From positions 1,691,984-1,755,983 of the forward strand of contig CAJINV010000014.1 in NCBI GenBank assembly GCA_905178155.1: 64,000 nucleotides of DNA, read 5' to 3'. A model generated the notes under the pieces. That model was not told the DNA's origin. It ran no database searches and saw only the letters and a program-made list of their open reading frames with translations. Both the position numbers and the translations under genes were made by a program. Each line of letters opens with the position of its first letter. The first letter of the stretch is position 1. The stretch comes from Amoebophrya sp. A120. Its lineage: Eukaryota > Protista > Dinoflagellata. Positions 59,919 to 64,000 of this stretch are shown in pieces.

Positions 59919-62900
59919 TTACACCGCCCTAACCAGCATCCTACTCTGCTTCGCCTTCAACCTGGCGTTCTGCAACCGCAGCGGATGTCCTCGCTTTTTC
60001 AACAACCCACACACCCGCGCTTGCTTGCACACCGCAGTCGGCCGGTCCGCGATGTGGGGCTCGAAGCACTCGACGTAGCAACTCTCCGGGATCGTCATGA
60101 TTTCCTCTTTTTCCAACAGACTGTGCGTGATGTTGTTTGTCAGGTAGCTAGTTGGCAGCACCGTGTTCATCAAAACTTCCCGTGTCCCGCCAACCAACCC
60201 GTTCTGGATTTTCTTCAACAATTTCAAAATCGTCTGCTCGCTGTTTAGCTCCGCGGTGTAGTACAAAACGGCGATGAGGTATGGGAGTGTCAGGTTTGAA
60301 ATCGTCAGAGTTGAAATGATTTGTCATGCATAAAATGCGATACAAAAACTGACTCTATTGCAGAGGACGCACGGGAGGCAGAGTATAGTCCTGGTAAGGG
60401 TCAAGCGTTGGACTGCTGACTAGCATGACAGAAGGCAGCTCCTTTGCCCTAAACCGGATGACAGACTCGCTTCCAGGACCGGGAAAATTTGTCATGCGAC
60501 GACTACAACTGTAGGTCTAACTGGTATCCGTTTTATGCATCGCAAATCATTTCAACTTTGACGATTTCAATCCTGACAGTTCCATATGAGGCACTTGGCT
60601 AATTCCTCATTGTCGTTCAGCCCGTCACTATCCAGATCCGTGCTGTCTATGGCGGCGTCCGCAATCTCCGTGGTTCCCCCCTGCGTCTTCACGTCCACGA
60701 TTTTCGCGCACTTTCCCGCCCAATCAAACTCCGTGCCGAAGTTGGGCATGGAGTTCAGAAATTGGTGATTCGACAACTCCTCAACGACGGTTCGGAGTTG
60801 TTGGAATTCGTTTGCTGTGAATTCGGCTTCCATCATGGCGGTGACATTTTTCAAGTTCACCTGCTCGGACATTGCATTCGTCGTTGACCCGTAGAGGTTC
60901 GTCAGTTCCGAATTCGTATCATCCGCAATGTTGTTGCCGCCGATCACAAGCATTTCGCGTTTCTTGAATTCCAACCTGTATTTGCAATCGAGCCCTGCCC
61001 GCTTCAAATTGTTCTTGTTCTTCTTCGACAAAGTTGGGAGCAGCATCGCTTCGTAGAACAACCTGCAGGAAGTAGACGCTGCGTCAGAATTATGTTGCGC
61101 AGAGCCTGTTGTTGAACTTGAAGTTGAGACTAGGCCTGTTGTACTGAACAACCCCTTCATAAACTCCACCTCCAATGGGAAGGTCGGCGTCCCGCCAACG
61201 GCTGCTAATGCAAGGTTGAAATTATACCACTGGATGGAGTAGGCGTCCATGTCCTTCTGCAGCAGTCCCATCGCGTTCTGCTTCGCCTCCCTGACCGCGG
61301 ATCGCATCAACAGTTTGTCGAACACGAAGTTGTTCATTTGCCTTATCTTATCCTGCTTCATCTTCTGTTTTCGGCACAGCGCGGGGTAATAGACTTTCTT
61401 CGCCCCGGAATTGTGGTAAAACTCCTTGTTCGAAGCCTTCGCGTTCGTTATGGACACCGTGTTCGTGTCCGCCGCTCCGTCGTCGTTCACGTCTTCGATC
61501 AAAACTAAATCGGACTCGATCCCATCCTCCGCAAGGCTGTCGCAGTCGAAGGTGTCCTCTATGAAGACGTCCACGCACCCAGTCGACCTTTTGTCGAAGA
61601 AGTTGAATAACACCGCCAGGTCCTCTTCGGGCAAGAAGTAATCCGACTTGGTCTTGTCGCATTTCTCGTGATCCAAGCAATTCGTGCTTCTTTCGTTCAA
61701 CCGCATGAGGAGTGAATTTTTCGCCTGCACTAACTCCGACTGGGATAACTTCGGTGGCTGGGTCTGGGTGCCGGTGGAGCTGGTGTAGACCTTCAAATCC
61801 TGAATGTCATCGATAAACGCGTCGGCAAGTTTGTCTTCCTGGTTGCTAGCAGAAATCGCCAAATCGAACATCCCCAGCAGTTGTTTACTGTTCTTCGCGG
61901 ATTTCTGCAGTAATTCCCTCTGCACAAACAGTTTGAACTTCTCGAAAGACAATTGCCAGGGTAAGCAGCCGCTGGACTTGAGAAAATAGCAGTCGTGTTT
62001 GTTGTAGAACGGGTGGTTTTTGGGCAACGCCTGCAAGTTTCCCGCCCCGTTCAATTCCGAGGGAATGATGGTGTCTTTTGTTCCGAGCTTTCGACCACGC
62101 AATAATGGGCCGTCGATGTGGAGGATTTGGTTCGTGTCGGACAGACGGCAGACGGGCTCAGGGTTGTAGTTTCTCCCGATACTGGTAGCTCCTTCAACCG
62201 TGGTTTTTGAAACAACTGCTGTTGGGAAGAAATCCAGTTGCAGCATCGCTTTTTCCGCGCAAGATCTTTCCACGCAGTTCATCACGTCGGGGATGCAGGA
62301 TTGGAGCACTTTCTCACTCGGTTCGCAAATTTTCTTCTCCCCAGGAGAAGACAAAAATCCCGCAAACACCTTTGGTAGCTCAAACAGCATCTCCGAGACG
62401 CAGAACGCAACCAATTCGTCGTCACTACTCGTCAACCGGTCCGGGTGCGCCGCACCGGCGGAGGTTTGCGCGGTTTTTGTGGTTTTCTTCACATAGGAAA
62501 TCGAATAGTAAGAGGACGCTTGGGTGATGGGGTAGGCGGTGGTGTTTCGTGCGTCGTTTTCTAGTGAGTCCAACATGGTTATGGCTTTGGATAAAGCGAT
62601 GGTCGCGTTAGAGCAGTGGGTGGCCAGGTTGGTGAATCTCTGCAGCTCGTCGTGGTAAAAAAAGTTCAGCGATCCGTGGGTTTCCCGTTGAAGAGTGGTC
62701 GGGGCGGTGGCCTGGATAGTTTACTTCTGTTGGTTCCACTAGTACGAGTTGTGATTGTGCAGTTTTGTTTTTTCGTACAAAAAACGGCACAACTAAAAGG
62801 AAAAAACATCAAACCAGCAGCAGGGACGAAATTTTGTTCTGTAACTGTATGTTGTCACTTCACAACTCTATACCATTTTTCCATCGATCTCTGCCATCTC

Positions 62901-64000
62901 CTCCCCGAGTAGTTTCGAAAGCATGTTCTTCTGAATCTCCAGCAGCGGCATCAAATCACTGATGATGTCCGCAAAAACCCTCGTCTGCTGCAAGTCCAAG
63001 CCGGTCGTCACCTCGTTCTCCTGCTTCAGAAACTGCAGGATGTCTAGGTTGGAAATCGACACTTTGTCCACGTTTGTCTGCTTCATCTGCAATTCTCTTC
63101 TTCTTGTGCTGTACAAATGCTGCTCCATCAAGGTGGCGATCTTTTCCCTGGCTTCGAAAATCTTCCGCTTCTGCTCCTCATTCGAGAGGGTTTCAAAAAT
63201 CTCCGTTGAAGTCCTCGCAGTGACTGGAGTTGCTTGTGCGGAAGTTGAAAGCGCGGAGTGGGTCGTGGCTTTGTAGTCGGTGGTGATCGCGGTTATGACG
63301 TCTTTGTCAGCGGTGAAGGTAGCTGGTTCGCATGACAAATAATCTTCTGCAGTTGTACTGTCAGCCACCAATTTCCTCCCTTTGGTTTCCAGGTCGCTTG
63401 CGAGAATTTTTCCGTTCAAACCATTCACCCCGAACGCCTGGAGACAATACGCTACAGCCTCTTCCGGGTCGAAGTTGTTTTTGAAGAAACCAAAGTATAC
63501 CGCGCATTCTGGCACCGTGACAAACCCGTTCCGGTCGGGGAGAAGGAAGGAATTCGCGATTTCTCCACCGAGGGTTGAGGACAACGCGTAGAGAGATTGA
63601 ATCGACAAGACCGGGCTGGATGTTGTGCCACACTTGTTCTCGACATTCCTAACCAGAAGACTCGCCATGCGACAGAACTGTGGATCTGGTTTCTTTTCGC
63701 CACCGCCGCCTGCACCAGAAGTTGTCTTGCACAGGCCGAGAAATTCTTTCACCATGTCCAGGGTGAACTCCTTTGCCATGCCCGTCATTCCGGCGGACGA
63801 AGTCGCAAAAACAGATGCACTCTCCGACAAAGCCTCATCGAACAACTTCCTGCCGAAAATCTCACTTTCCGCATCCAGCGAGCACCGTAGCTTCCCGTTC
63901 TTGCACGCCGCCTCCGCCTCGAACAAGTCGATCGGGTGGTTGCGAATGGCCACCTCCCGCTGAAACTTTTCCAACACGAGCAGCGGGACGCAGGGCTCGG
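59919..64000 (-). CDS. 3' part of a large Cys-rich protein paralogous to the 36802-51037 gene (5' end outside the window; 3' end uncertain)
   Basis: ORFs 62868-63977, 60567-62576 and 59919-60266 joined by GT-AG intron 62712-62873 and element 60280-60586; shares GCLPWQLS and SDLxLxxDVxxD blocks. Confidence 0.8.
60280..60586. mobile_element. TIR introner, family A (307 bp)
   Basis: Long TIR; TSD TGAGG; joins AKCLI|AVLYY. Confidence 0.95.

Overview
Eukaryotic nuclear DNA, most likely a syndinian dinoflagellate such as Amoebophrya. This is inferred from architecture only: co-oriented genes and massive non-canonical inverted-repeat introns. All intact genes (about 10) are on the minus strand. The ORF track looks fragmented because the coding sequences are interrupted by at least 44 short elements (109-559 bp, longer when nested) from several unrelated families. 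They share one grammar: 5'-TAT...ATA-3' ends (a few decayed), terminal inverted repeats (TIRs), a 5-bp target-site duplication (TSD; 23 perfect, 21 decayed) and repeated internal GCATGACAAA-type motifs. For all 44, manually deleting the element plus 5 nt rejoins the flanking reading frames. This restores a DUF1415 protein, a ~1409-aa histidine phosphatase (14 elements), a Zn-finger/Zn-knuckle protein, a ~2420-aa protein, a ~3590-aa EF-hand/Cys-rich membrane protein (14 elements) and a ~1160-aa coiled-coil protein. Most elements cannot be read as GT-AG introns. Two carry nested elements: a 1.15-kb foldback palindrome and a 9-bp-TSD MITE. I recognised no transposase, rRNA, tRNA or CRISPR array. 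All coordinates and counts were obtained by eye.
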